Assembly (NCBI GenBank): GCA_043804695.1
Contig: JAZDIV010000073.1
Coordinates: 1 to 24,707 of the forward strand
Direction: 5' to 3'
Length of the DNA: 24,707 bases
Origin: PVC group bacterium
GTDB taxonomy: Bacteria; Auribacterota; Erginobacteria; Erginobacterales; Erginobacteraceae
Part shown: positions 14,507 to 23,004 of the stretch, one piece after another
Numbering within the stretch: the stretch's first letter is position 1
Layout of the letters: each line of letters opens with the position of its first letter
Notes under the pieces: generated by a model
Told to the model about the DNA's origin: nothing
The model's database searches: none
Seen by the model: only the letters and a program-made list of their open reading frames with translations
Made by a program: the position numbers and the translations under genes

Positions 14507-16606
14507 ATGTCAAAGAGCCTCTACATAACCGCGACCGAGGCGAAGAGCGGTAAAACGTCCGTTGTCCTGGGCCTGACCGAGCTGGCGCTGAGGAACTCGG
14601 AAAATCCCGGGTTTTTCCGGCCGGTGATCGGCGAAGGGCCGGGGGCGATCGCCGACATCAGCCTGATCTCCTCCCGGTTCAACCCCGATACCCCGGTGGA
14701 AGAGATGTACGCGTTTACCTGGAACCAGGTGGCGGAGCTGATCGCCCAGGAGAAGCAGGGCGATATCTGGGCGGGGATTATCCAGGCCTACCACAAGCTG
14801 CAGGAGAAGCACGACTTCATCCTCTGCGAAGGCACCGACTTCAACACCTCCAACACGACTTTCGAGTTTGATATCAACGCCCTGATCGCCGACGTCCTGG
14901 GGGGCCCCGTGCTCCTGGTCGCCAACGCGCACCGCAAAACCGTCGATGAGACGCTGCAGTCGATCGAACTCGCCCGCTCCTCCCTGGCGAGCAAGGGATG
15001 CCGGGTGATCTCCACCATCATCAACCTGGTCACCCCGGAGATGCGGGAGGAGATCTGCCAGCGTCTGCAAACGGGCGGGCGATCCGGCGAGAGCTCCATC
15101 TACACCCTTCCCTACGATGACCTGCTGGCGGCGCCGACTCTGGGGGAAATCGCCGAGAACCTGGGAGCGGAAGTCCTCTACGGGGGAGATCTCTACGAGG
15201 AGCATGTCTACGATTACGTGGTCGCCGCCATGCAGCTCCAGCACGTGCTGGAACGCATCAAGTTCGGTTCGCTGATCATCGTGCCCGGCGACCGGGCGGA
15301 CGTCTTGATCGGATGCCTGGCCGCGGTCGCGTCGCGCACCATGCCCTATATCTCCGGGATCATTCTGACCGGGGGCTTCAAGCCGGAAGGCGTGGTCCGA
15401 AAGATGATCGAGGGGCTGAAAGTGACCATCCCCATTCTCAGCGTTCCTGATGAGACCTTCCAGGCCACCAGGAGAATTCACCATGTCCCGAGCGGGATCT
15501 CGCCCCGGGACGAGCGTAAAATAACCCGGGCCCTCAGCCTCTTCGAGGACAACATCGACGAGAAGCAGCTGGCCGGGCAGATTTTCGATGCCGGCCCCAA
15601 CGCCGTCTCCCCCAAGATGTTTGAGTACGGATTGATCGAGCAGGCTCAGGCGATGAAGCAGCGGATTGTGCTCCCGGAAGGGGAGGAAGAGAGGATCCTG
15701 CTGGCGTCCGAATATCTCCTGAGCCGGAAGGTCGCCGAGATCATCCTGCTTGGCAACCGGGACGCCATCACGGCCATGATCATGCGGCTCGGCTTGAAGA
15801 TGGACGGCACTCTCATCATCAACCCGATCGAATCGCCGTTGTTCGATGACTATGCCCGGACCTTTTATGAGTTGAGAAAGCACAAGGACGTCACCCAAGA
15901 CGTGGCCCGGGACACCATGAGCGACCACACCTATTTCGGCACGATGATGGTGTATAAGGGCGACGCCGACGGGATGGTCTCGGGGGCGATTCATACCACC
16001 GGGAACACGATCCGTCCGGCCCTCCAGTTCATCAAGACCCGGCCCGGGGTCTCGATTGTCTCCAGCGTCTTTTTCATGTGTCTGCAGGGCCGGGTGCTGG
16101 TTTACGGAGACTGCGCCATCAACAGCGATCCGGACGCCGATCAGCTGGCCGAGATCGCCCTCAGCTCCGCCCGGACCGCGAAGACCTTCGGGATCGAGCC
16201 CCGGGTCGCCATGCTCTCTTACTCGAGCGGAAAATCGGGGATGGGCCGGGATGTCGAGAAAGTCCGCCGGGCCACCGAGATCGCCCGGGAGATGGCCAAG
16301 AAAATGATGCCAGGCCTCCGGATCGAAGGCCCGATCCAGTACGACGCCGCCGTCGACCCCACAGTGGCCAGAATCAAGATGCCGGGGAGCGAGGTGGCGG
16401 GCAACGCGACCGTCTTCATCTTTCCCGATCTCGATACCGGCAACATCACCTACAAGGCCGTTCAGCGGTCGGCTGGTGTTATCGCCATCGGCCCGGTCCT
16501 CCAGGGGCTGAAGAAACCGGTCAACGATCTCAGCCGGGGATGCACCATCCCGGACATCATCAACACCGTGGCTATCACCGCCATCCAGGCGCACGCCGAG
16601 GTATAA
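14507..16606 (+). CDS. pta: Phosphate acetyltransferase, long class II form
   Basis: SGKT P-loop, PGDRADV (DRTGG), VLPEGEEERIL, SGAIHTT, GPIQYDAA, GNITYKAVQR, PVNDLSRG; GGAGGG RBS before ATG 14507. Confidence 0.96.
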   Translation: MSKSLYITATEAKSGKTSVVLGLTELALRNSENPGFFRPVIGEGPGAIADISLISSRFNPDTPVEEMYAFTWNQVAELIAQEKQGDIWAGIIQAYHKLQEKHDFILCEGTDFNTSNTTFEFDINALIADVLGGPVLLVANAHRKTVDETLQSIELARSSLASKGCRVISTIINLVTPEMREEICQRLQTGGRSGESSIYTLPYDDLLAAPTLGEIAENLGAEVLYGGDLYEEHVYDYVVAAMQLQHVLERIKFGSLIIVPGDRADVLIGCLAAVASRTMPYISGIILTGGFKPEGVVRKMIEGLKVTIPILSVPDETFQATRRIHHVPSGISPRDERKITRALSLFEDNIDEKQLAGQIFDAGPNAVSPKMFEYGLIEQAQAMKQRIVLPEGEEERILLASEYLLSRKVAEIILLGNRDAITAMIMRLGLKMDGTLIINPIESPLFDDYARTFYELRKHKDVTQDVARDTMSDHTYFGTMMVYKGDADGMVSGAIHTTGNTIRPALQFIKTRPGVSIVSSVFFMCLQGRVLVYGDCAINSDPDADQLAEIALSSARTAKTFGIEPRVAMLSYSSGKSGMGRDVEKVRRATEIAREMAKKMMPGLRIEGPIQYDAAVDPTVARIKMPGSEVAGNATVFIFPDLDTGNITYKAVQRSAGVIAIGPVLQGLKKPVNDLSRGCTIPDIINTVAITAIQAHAEV

Positions 16607-16669
16607 CCAGATATTTAAATGAAAAGGGAGGCAATAGTTGTCCCTATTTTTGATGTGGATACCGGGAAG

Positions 16670-16960
16670 AAATTCCAAATCTCAAATCCCAAATTACCCT
16701 TCAACAGGCTCAGGGCCTGCGGCAAACAAATCCCAAATAACAAATTTCAAACATGCCTTAACGCTCAGCCACCCGGCGGGCGACAATCACAAGGCAAACA
16801 ATTAGCAATAAACGAAATCATAAATTCCAAATCTCAATGACTGGTCAAGCCGGGTCAGAAGCCGGTTTAGGTCATTGAGATTTGGAATTTGTGATTTATT
16901 TGGAATTTTCAGCCGGAGGCTGATCAGCCTTTGGCTGAGGTGCTTGTGATTTGGGTTTTT
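16670..16960. repeat. Inverted about 7-mer arrays with embedded REP-like hairpins (same family as 7148-7388)
   Basis: 27-bp inverted repeat 16815-16841 / 16871-16897 with one mismatch; embedded units at 16697 and 16909-16938. Confidence 0.78.
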
Positions 16961-16991
16961 CATCACGGTAGATTGTATTGACTTTCACAAA

Positions 16992-18143
16992 ATGAATCTG
17001 GATCGATTCGATATTTCATTCACCTTCCGGCAACCTGTTCTGGCACTGGGAGGGGAGCAGAAGAGCCGGTTCTGCCTGGCCCGGGGGAGGGAGATCGCGG
17101 TCGGCCCGGACTTCGGCGATCCCCGCTCCGCCGCCAATCTCCTCGCCTACCGGGCCGGGCTGGCGGCCGCCTGCCGGGAGGAAGGCTTCGTCCCCCGGAT
17201 CATTGCCCACGATCTCCATCCGGGATACGCCACCACCCTCCTGGCAAAGGATGTGGCCTCTTCGTGGTCGCCCCCGGCCGCCTGCCGGGCGGTCCAGCAT
17301 CATCATGCCCATCTGGCCTCGGTCCTGGCCGATCGGGGGCTCGCCGGCCCGGCGATCGGGATCATCTGGGACGGAACCGGGTACGGTGACGACGGGGCCG
17401 TCTGGGGAGGGGAATTTCTGGTCGGGGACCCCGGCTTGTACCGGAGGGCGGCCCATCTGGAATATGTCCCGCTCCCCGGCGGGGAGAAGGCCGTTGAGGA
17501 GCCCTGGCGGATGGCATTGGCCTATCTCCATCATTGCCGGAAGATCGACTTTTTAAACCGATGGTTGTCCCGGGGAAACAAACCGGGCCCGGAAACAGTC
17601 CGGCTTCTTCTCTCGATGATCGAGAGGGGTGTCAACTCCCCGCCGACCTCGAGCATGGGGAGGCTCTTCGACGGGGTCTCGGCCCTGATCGGCACCGGGT
17701 GGAAGAACCGCTCTCCGGCGGAAGCGGCGATCAACCTGGAAAGGGCGGCCGGGGGCAAGATCGGGAGACCCTATCCCTTCCGGCTGAGCCGGCGGGAGAA
17801 GCCGTATGTCATCCGGCTCCTGCCCCTCTTCTCCGCCCTGCTGAAAGATATCGAGCGGAGGGATGACACGGCGGCCATCTCGTCCCGTTTCCATGCCGCG
17901 GTTATTTCCATGGGGGTGAAGGTTGCCGGTGTTTTATCCGCCGAGAGCGGCATCAGGGACGTGGCTCTCAGCGGCGGCGTTTTCCGGAACCGGATTGTCC
18001 GGGAAGGGCTGACGGCGGCGCTGGCCGCCGCGGGCCTGAACCCGATTCTTCCCCGAACCATCGATGTCGATGACGGCGGGCTTGCCCTCGGCCAGGCCGT
18101 CGCGGTTACGGCGATGATCAACTGCGGTATCGGAGACGTTTAG
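16992..18143 (+). CDS. hypF: HypF, C-terminal Kae1-like carbamoyltransferase domain only
   Basis: 383 aa; VLALGGEQK, HDLHPGY, QHHHAH, DGTGYG..G.VWGGE, SSMGRLFD, SGGVF.N, DGGLALGQ; no acylphosphatase, Zn-finger or YrdC part. Confidence 0.88.
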   Translation: MNLDRFDISFTFRQPVLALGGEQKSRFCLARGREIAVGPDFGDPRSAANLLAYRAGLAAACREEGFVPRIIAHDLHPGYATTLLAKDVASSWSPPAACRAVQHHHAHLASVLADRGLAGPAIGIIWDGTGYGDDGAVWGGEFLVGDPGLYRRAAHLEYVPLPGGEKAVEEPWRMALAYLHHCRKIDFLNRWLSRGNKPGPETVRLLLSMIERGVNSPPTSSMGRLFDGVSALIGTGWKNRSPAEAAINLERAAGGKIGRPYPFRLSRREKPYVIRLLPLFSALLKDIERRDDTAAISSRFHAAVISMGVKVAGVLSAESGIRDVALSGGVFRNRIVREGLTAALAAAGLNPILPRTIDVDDGGLALGQAVAVTAMINCGIGDV

Positions 18144-18407
18144 AGACAACTCGGGGCCTGAAATCCTACTTCTCCTTTGCCGCTTATTTAACAAAACAGG
18201 TAAAGCGTTTATTGTTAAATAAGGTTATTTTTTCAACAGCAGAACCAGATCGCATCACCCGGATTTCCACTTTTTTTCGTCTTATTCGTAACCCGGCCGG
18301 CAACCGGGAAATGACTTCACCGATTGAGATTATCCGTGGTAGTATGGCGAGCGGTAATCAGCGATCTGTGATTGGTAACCAGAATCCAGTAAGCAGCATC
18401 CAGCATC

Positions 18408-18635
18408 ATGTGCCTTGCCGTTCCCATGAAGATCGTCAGTGTGGAGGGAGAGACCGCCCTTGTCTCGCTGGATGGTCTGCAAAATAAGATCGACGTCCGT
18501 TTTCTGAAGGACCCGGCTCCGGGCGATTACGTGATTGTCCATGCCGGCTTCGCGATCGAGACGCTGGACCCGGAAGAGGCGAAAAAGACACTGGACCTTT
18601 TCCGGGAGCTTGAATCTTTCGGCCAGGCCAACTGA
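18408..18635 (+). CDS. hypC: Hydrogenase maturation chaperone HypC
   Basis: MCLAVP, PGDYVIVHAGFAI, EEAKKTL. Confidence 0.96.
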   Translation: MCLAVPMKIVSVEGETALVSLDGLQNKIDVRFLKDPAPGDYVIVHAGFAIETLDPEEAKKTLDLFRELESFGQAN

Positions 18636-18723
18636 GTTTTCCGAAAAAGCGAGAAACCGCGGATTCGGATTATTTTCTTCAATCAGCATAATCCGCTGAA
18701 TCCGTGATTAAACGGTTTTAACC

Positions 18724-19812
18724 ATGAAACTGCTTGACTCGTTTTACGACCCCGTTCTGGCCAGGAAACTGGCCGGAGATATCGGGCGGATCGCCGGCGA
18801 TCGGCGTTTTAACCTGATGGAGGTCTGCGGGACCCACACCGTCTCCATCTTCCGTTCGGGTCTGAGAAGCCTCCTCCCGCCGTCTCTCCGGCTCCTTTCC
18901 GGGCCGGGCTGCCCGGTCTGCGTCACTCCCCGGGAGATTATCGACGAGATCATCATCCGCTCCCGTCAGCCGGGGACCGTCATCGCGACCTTCGGCGACA
19001 TGTTGAACGTGCCGGGGGCGGAGTCGACGCTCCGAAAGGAGAAATCCCGCGGCGCCGATGTCCGGATGATCTACTCCCCCCTCGAGGGCCTCCGGCTGGC
19101 CCGGGAAAACCCCGGGAAAAAAGTGATCTTCCTGGCCATCGGCTTCGAGACGACCATCCCGTCCGCCGCCGCCGCCGTTCTGGAAGCCGAAAAATCGGGG
19201 ATCGGCAACTTTTTCGTCCTCCCGGCCGGAAGACTGATCCCCCCGGCGATGGAATTTCTTCTCTCCGGCGACGATGTGAAGATTGACGGCTTCCTCTGTC
19301 CCGGCCACGTCAGCGTCATCATCGGGACGAAGCCGTACCGGAAGATTGCCGAGCGCTTTCACACCCCCTGCGTGATCGCCGGGTTCGAGCCGCTGGACAT
19401 CCTGGCGGCAATCCGGGAACTGCTGGTGATGATCACCGGCGGCGCCGGCGGCGTCAGAAACCTTTATCCCCGGGCTGTCCGCGAAGAGGGGAACCCGCGG
19501 GCCCGGAAAGTGATGGAGACGGTTTTTCAGGTGACGGACGCACAATGGCGGGGACTGGGAATCATCCCCGCCAGCGGGATCTCGCTCCGCCCGGCCTTCG
19601 GAAAACATGATGCCGGATGGCTGGAGCCGGTTGAGCTGCCGGCAGCGCCGCCGGATTCCCGCTGCATCTGCGGCCGGATTCTCCGGGGAGCGGCCGTCCC
19701 CGTTGACTGCCCGGTGTTTGGAACCGGATGCATTCCCTCCTCCCCCCTCGGTCCCTGCATGGTCTCCTCCGAGGGAACCTGCGCCGCCTGGTTCAGATAT
19801 GGCAATTATTGA
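18724..19812 (+). CDS. hypD: Hydrogenase maturation protein HypD
   Basis: EVCGTH, GPGCPVC, GFETT, PGHVS, GFEPLD, GPCMVSSEGTCAA. Confidence 0.97.
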   Translation: MKLLDSFYDPVLARKLAGDIGRIAGDRRFNLMEVCGTHTVSIFRSGLRSLLPPSLRLLSGPGCPVCVTPREIIDEIIIRSRQPGTVIATFGDMLNVPGAESTLRKEKSRGADVRMIYSPLEGLRLARENPGKKVIFLAIGFETTIPSAAAAVLEAEKSGIGNFFVLPAGRLIPPAMEFLLSGDDVKIDGFLCPGHVSVIIGTKPYRKIAERFHTPCVIAGFEPLDILAAIRELLVMITGGAGGVRNLYPRAVREEGNPRARKVMETVFQVTDAQWRGLGIIPASGISLRPAFGKHDAGWLEPVELPAAPPDSRCICGRILRGAAVPVDCPVFGTGCIPSSPLGPCMVSSEGTCAAWFRYGNY

Positions 19813-19865
19813 ATGGTATATATTGATTTTTTTGGAAAAGACTAAATCCTGGGATGATTCAATAG

Positions 19866-19960
19866 GGAGTATTGGAGTACTGGAGTGATGGAGTAATGGG
19901 GAAAAAGCTGGGCCGGCCGGTCTTCCAACACTCCACTACTCCAGCACTCCTTCATTCCAT
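19866..19960. repeat. Inverted 8-mer arrays
   Basis: GGAGTATT GGAGTACT GGAGTGAT GGAGTAAT then CCAACACT CCACTACT CCAGCACT CCTTCATT. Confidence 0.75.
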
Positions 19961-20015
19961 TCAAATGCTTGCGTAATTTTAAAATATTCTTGGATACGTT
20001 TTATTCATGAAATGG

Positions 20016-20134
20016 TAACACTTTAGCCCTTTCCCTCGTTCCCACGCTCCGCATGGGAACGTAAGGCTAAGCGTTACCACGCGGAGCGTGGTAACGAGAT
20101 AGGTGACCGCAACTTTCAAAGAGCTAAAGTGTTA
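20016..20134. mobile_element. 119-bp MITE-like element with 17-bp TIRs enclosing an inverted REP doublet
   Basis: TAACACTTTAGCCCTTT vs reverse complement of right end TAACACTTTAGCTCTTT (16/17); REP copies 20035-20061 and 20072-20098. Confidence 0.72.
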
Positions 20135-20263
20135 AGGAAAACCAAATAAGGTGAGTATTTTGCCCTTTTTCTTCTTTTCTTGGTGCTTTTGTGTCTTGGT
20201 GGCTAATATTTATTTGAAATTCAGAAACAGTACATTAATCATGGATTTTTTGTTTATCATCCA

Positions 20264-21277
20264 ATGCTGGTGAAAAATACAATCACGCTCGAGCATGGAA
20301 GCGGGAGCCGGGAAGCCCGGGACCTGATCCGGGATCGCCTGCTTCCCCGTTTCGGGAACCGATACCTGGCCGCGCTTTCCGACTCCGCCGTTTTGCCGCC
20401 GCCGGGCGGGCGGCTGGCCTTTACCGCCGACTCCTTTGTCGTCACGCCGCTCTTCTTCCCGGGCGGGGACATCGGCAAGCTCGCCGTCTGCGGGACGGTC
20501 AACGATCTCGCGGTGGCGGGGGCGGAGCCGCTCTATCTCTCCTGCTCCCTGATCATCGAAGAGGGGTTGACGATGGAGACGCTGGAGCGGGTTGTCGATT
20601 CCCTGGGACGGTGGGCGAGGCGGTCGGGGGTGATGGTTGTGACCGGGGATACCAAGGTGGTGGAAGCGGGGCAGGCCGATCAGCTCTTCATCACCACCGC
20701 CGGTCTGGGCGTGATCCCGGCCGGGCTCTCGCTCTCCCCGGGCCGCGTCCGTCCCGGGGATGCCGTCGTCATCAGCGGGACCCTCGGCGAGCACGGGCTG
20801 GCCGTCCTGGCCGCCCGGGAAAAGCTGGATATCAGCCCGCAGCTGAAAAGCGATTGCGCGCCCCTGAACGGTCTGACGGCGGCGATGCTGGCCGCCGGTG
20901 CCGATATCAAGTTCATGCGCGATCCCACCCGGGGCGGTCTGGCAGCGGTCCTGAACGAACTGGCGGAAGGGAAAACCTGGGGGATCGCGATCGAGGAATC
21001 CCTGCTCCCGGTTCTTCCCCGGGTGAGAGCGGCCCTGGCGATACTGGGGCTCGATCTCCTTGCCCTGGCCAACGAGGGGAAACTGTGCGCGATTGTCGCC
21101 GGGAAAGACGCCCCCGGGCTGATTGACGTTATGAAAAAACAGCCGGCCGGACGGGGGGCCCGGATTATCGGCCGGATCGTCCGCCGTCCCCGGGGGATGG
21201 TGGTTATGAAGACGGACTCCGGCGGCGAACGGGTGGTTGACTGGCCCCGGGGCGATCCGATCCCGAGGATCTGCTGA
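20264..21277 (+). CDS. hypE: Hydrogenase maturation protein HypE
   Basis: HGSGS, DSFVVTPLFFPGGDIGKLAVCGTVNDLAV, GDTKVV, RDPTRGG, ANEGK, C-terminal PRIC. Confidence 0.97.
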   Translation: MLVKNTITLEHGSGSREARDLIRDRLLPRFGNRYLAALSDSAVLPPPGGRLAFTADSFVVTPLFFPGGDIGKLAVCGTVNDLAVAGAEPLYLSCSLIIEEGLTMETLERVVDSLGRWARRSGVMVVTGDTKVVEAGQADQLFITTAGLGVIPAGLSLSPGRVRPGDAVVISGTLGEHGLAVLAAREKLDISPQLKSDCAPLNGLTAAMLAAGADIKFMRDPTRGGLAAVLNELAEGKTWGIAIEESLLPVLPRVRAALAILGLDLLALANEGKLCAIVAGKDAPGLIDVMKKQPAGRGARIIGRIVRRPRGMVVMKTDSGGERVVDWPRGDPIPRIC

Positions 21278-21396
21278 TCCGGCTATGAGAACCGCAAAGA
21301 CGCCAGGAGCGCAGAGAAAAACGAAAAAAAACGAAAAAAAGAGCTTGTGCCTGCGTCACAAACGTGTACACTATTGGGTGACAAAGGAGGTGCACG

Positions 21397-21693
21397 ATGA
21401 AATTCCTTAGTGTTCGCGATTTGCGGGGCAATTCGGCTCGCGTCTGGCGCGAATTGCCGAACGAAAAAGAAATGGTTGTCACCAGCAACGGACGACCTGT
21501 TGCCATGCTTGCGGCAGTCGATGAGGACAGTGTTGAGCAATCGCTGGCCGCCTGGCGACAAGTCCGGGCGACCCAAGCCATCGCCAAAATCCAACGAGAG
21601 TCGGTGCGTAAAGGCACCGACAAGTTGTCGATGGATGAGATCGACGCTGGAATCACCCAGGCCAGACAGGCCCGGCGGAAACGGGTGAAGTGA
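21397..21693 (+). CDS. Phd/YefM-family antitoxin
   Basis: MKFLSVRDLR, VVTSNGRPVA; AAGGAGG RBS; GTCAC/GTGAC inverted operator at 21355-21382; GTGA overlap with toxin. Confidence 0.88.
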   Translation: MKFLSVRDLRGNSARVWRELPNEKEMVVTSNGRPVAMLAAVDEDSVEQSLAAWRQVRATQAIAKIQRESVRKGTDKLSMDEIDAGITQARQARRKRVK

Positions 21694-22109
21694 GAATCGT
21701 ACTGGACACCAATGTTCTCGTCTCAGGACTCCTTGCACCTTTTGGAACCTGTGGGGACATCGTTCGTATGCTGACATCGGGGGAGATTGTACTCTGCGTT
21801 GATGCCCGGATTCTACTTGAATACAGCGATGTAATGCATCGGCCTCAGTTCGACATCAACCCGCGGAATGCCGATGTCGTAATGGTATACATTGAGAATT
21901 TTGCACAGGTCCATGCGACCGTCCCACTCGACAGGGCGTTGCCAGACACCGACGACAACCCGTTTCTGGAGGTCGCACTCTCCGCGGATGCCGAGTGTCT
22001 TGTCACCGGCAATCTGAAGCACTTTCCGGGACATTGCCGGGCCGGTGTCCGGGTGCTGTCACCGAAGGAATTCCTCAATTTCTTCAGAAAGCACAGAACA
22101 AAAAGCTGA
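21690..22109 (+). CDS. PIN-domain toxin (PIN_3 type)
   Basis: IVLDTNVLVSGLL, ILLEY, DTDDNPFLEVA, LVTGNLKHFP. Confidence 0.9.
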   Translation: MRIVLDTNVLVSGLLAPFGTCGDIVRMLTSGEIVLCVDARILLEYSDVMHRPQFDINPRNADVVMVYIENFAQVHATVPLDRALPDTDDNPFLEVALSADAECLVTGNLKHFPGHCRAGVRVLSPKEFLNFFRKHRTKS

Positions 22110-22263
22110 GCAGCAAGCTGCTCCATCTGCTTGACAGGCTTCGCTTGCGCCCCGCCTATCCAGCCGCTGGATCAGAAATCGGCCTAATCGCCGGGCCAGC
22201 CCGGCATGAGACCGATTCTGTCCAGTTCCCCGGTATCTTCTTGAAAGTGTTGTTATTTTGTCC

Positions 22264-22298
22264 TTGCAATACACCTAAATTTCGCATATTATGTGTAT
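22264..22298 (+). promoter_or_regulatory. Sigma70-type promoter of vapBC with inverted operator
   Basis: TTGCAA-17 nt-TATTAT; ATACAC (22269-22274) / GTGTAT (22293-22298). Confidence 0.6.
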
Positions 22299-22317
22299 CA
22301 AAATGGAGGTGATCGCC

Positions 22318-22521
22318 ATGGGACGTACTAATGTTGTTCTCGATGAAAACCTGGTTGAAGCTTGCCGGAAAGTCACCGGCATATCTACCCGCAGAGCATT
22401 AATTGATTATGCTCTACATGAACTCCTTCGACATGAATCTCAGGCCAAGCTCCTTGAACTGAAAGGTAAAGTGAATTGGGAAGGTGATCTTGCAGCTTGG
22501 CGGCAAGGACGAGTAAAATGA
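22318..22521 (+). CDS. vapB: VapB-family antitoxin
   Basis: MGRTNVVLDENLV, ALHELL, LLELKGKVNWEGDL; GGAGGTG RBS before ATG 22318. Confidence 0.9.
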   Translation: MGRTNVVLDENLVEACRKVTGISTRRALIDYALHELLRHESQAKLLELKGKVNWEGDLAAWRQGRVK

Positions 22522-22928
22522 TGGTTCTGGTTGACACAAGCGTATGGATCGAACTTTTTGCAGGTCGTCCAATCCCGCAAGTAGAAATCCTTGAGACCCT
22601 GATTACGGAGAAAGCCGATATTTGTGTCTGCGGGATTATTTTAACCGAAGTCTTGCAGGGAATACGAAGGGAAAAGGAATATAAAAAAACAAAAGGATTA
22701 TTCGAAAGTCTTATTTTCCTTCCAATGACTCACGCCACTTTCGTTAAGTCAGCGGAGATATATCGATATCTTAGACGCCGCGGCATTACTATCCGAAATC
22801 CCGTTGATTGCCTGATCGCCTCTGTTGCAATTGAACAGGCCATCCCCCTCCTCCATAATGACAGAGAGTTTGACCGCATAGAAGAGCACTTCGGGTTGAG
22901 TCCTATCTATAAAATAGATGGAGATTAA
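22518..22928 (+). CDS. vapC: VapC PIN-domain toxin
   Basis: VLVDTSVWI, EVLQG, DCLIA, LLHNDREFD; ATGA overlap. Confidence 0.92.
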   Translation: MMVLVDTSVWIELFAGRPIPQVEILETLITEKADICVCGIILTEVLQGIRREKEYKKTKGLFESLIFLPMTHATFVKSAEIYRYLRRRGITIRNPVDCLIASVAIEQAIPLLHNDREFDRIEEHFGLSPIYKIDGD

Positions 22929-23004
22929 CCTGTTACATCTTCCCTCGAACTATGAATAAACCGGGTAAAATCCAGCTTGCGGTTGCTGCTGGCAGTATTC
23001 CGCT

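Noticed and set aside
14510..16678. 722-aa minus-strand ORF
   Set aside because: Antisense shadow of pta expected from high-GC codon bias; no motifs
16619..16840. Short ORFs over repeat regions (also 7268-7456, 13097-13297, 3800-4057)
   Set aside because: Translations of heptamer, REP or attC-like DNA, not protein-like
16992..21277. Selenocysteine recoding or frameshift restoring a full hypF
   Set aside because: No in-frame TGA in the hyp genes and no HypF N-terminal sequence noticed in the repeat-filled upstream gap
22107..22215. Possible attC remnant after the PIN toxin
   Set aside because: Only loosely attC-like words; no matching R boxes or continuous stem
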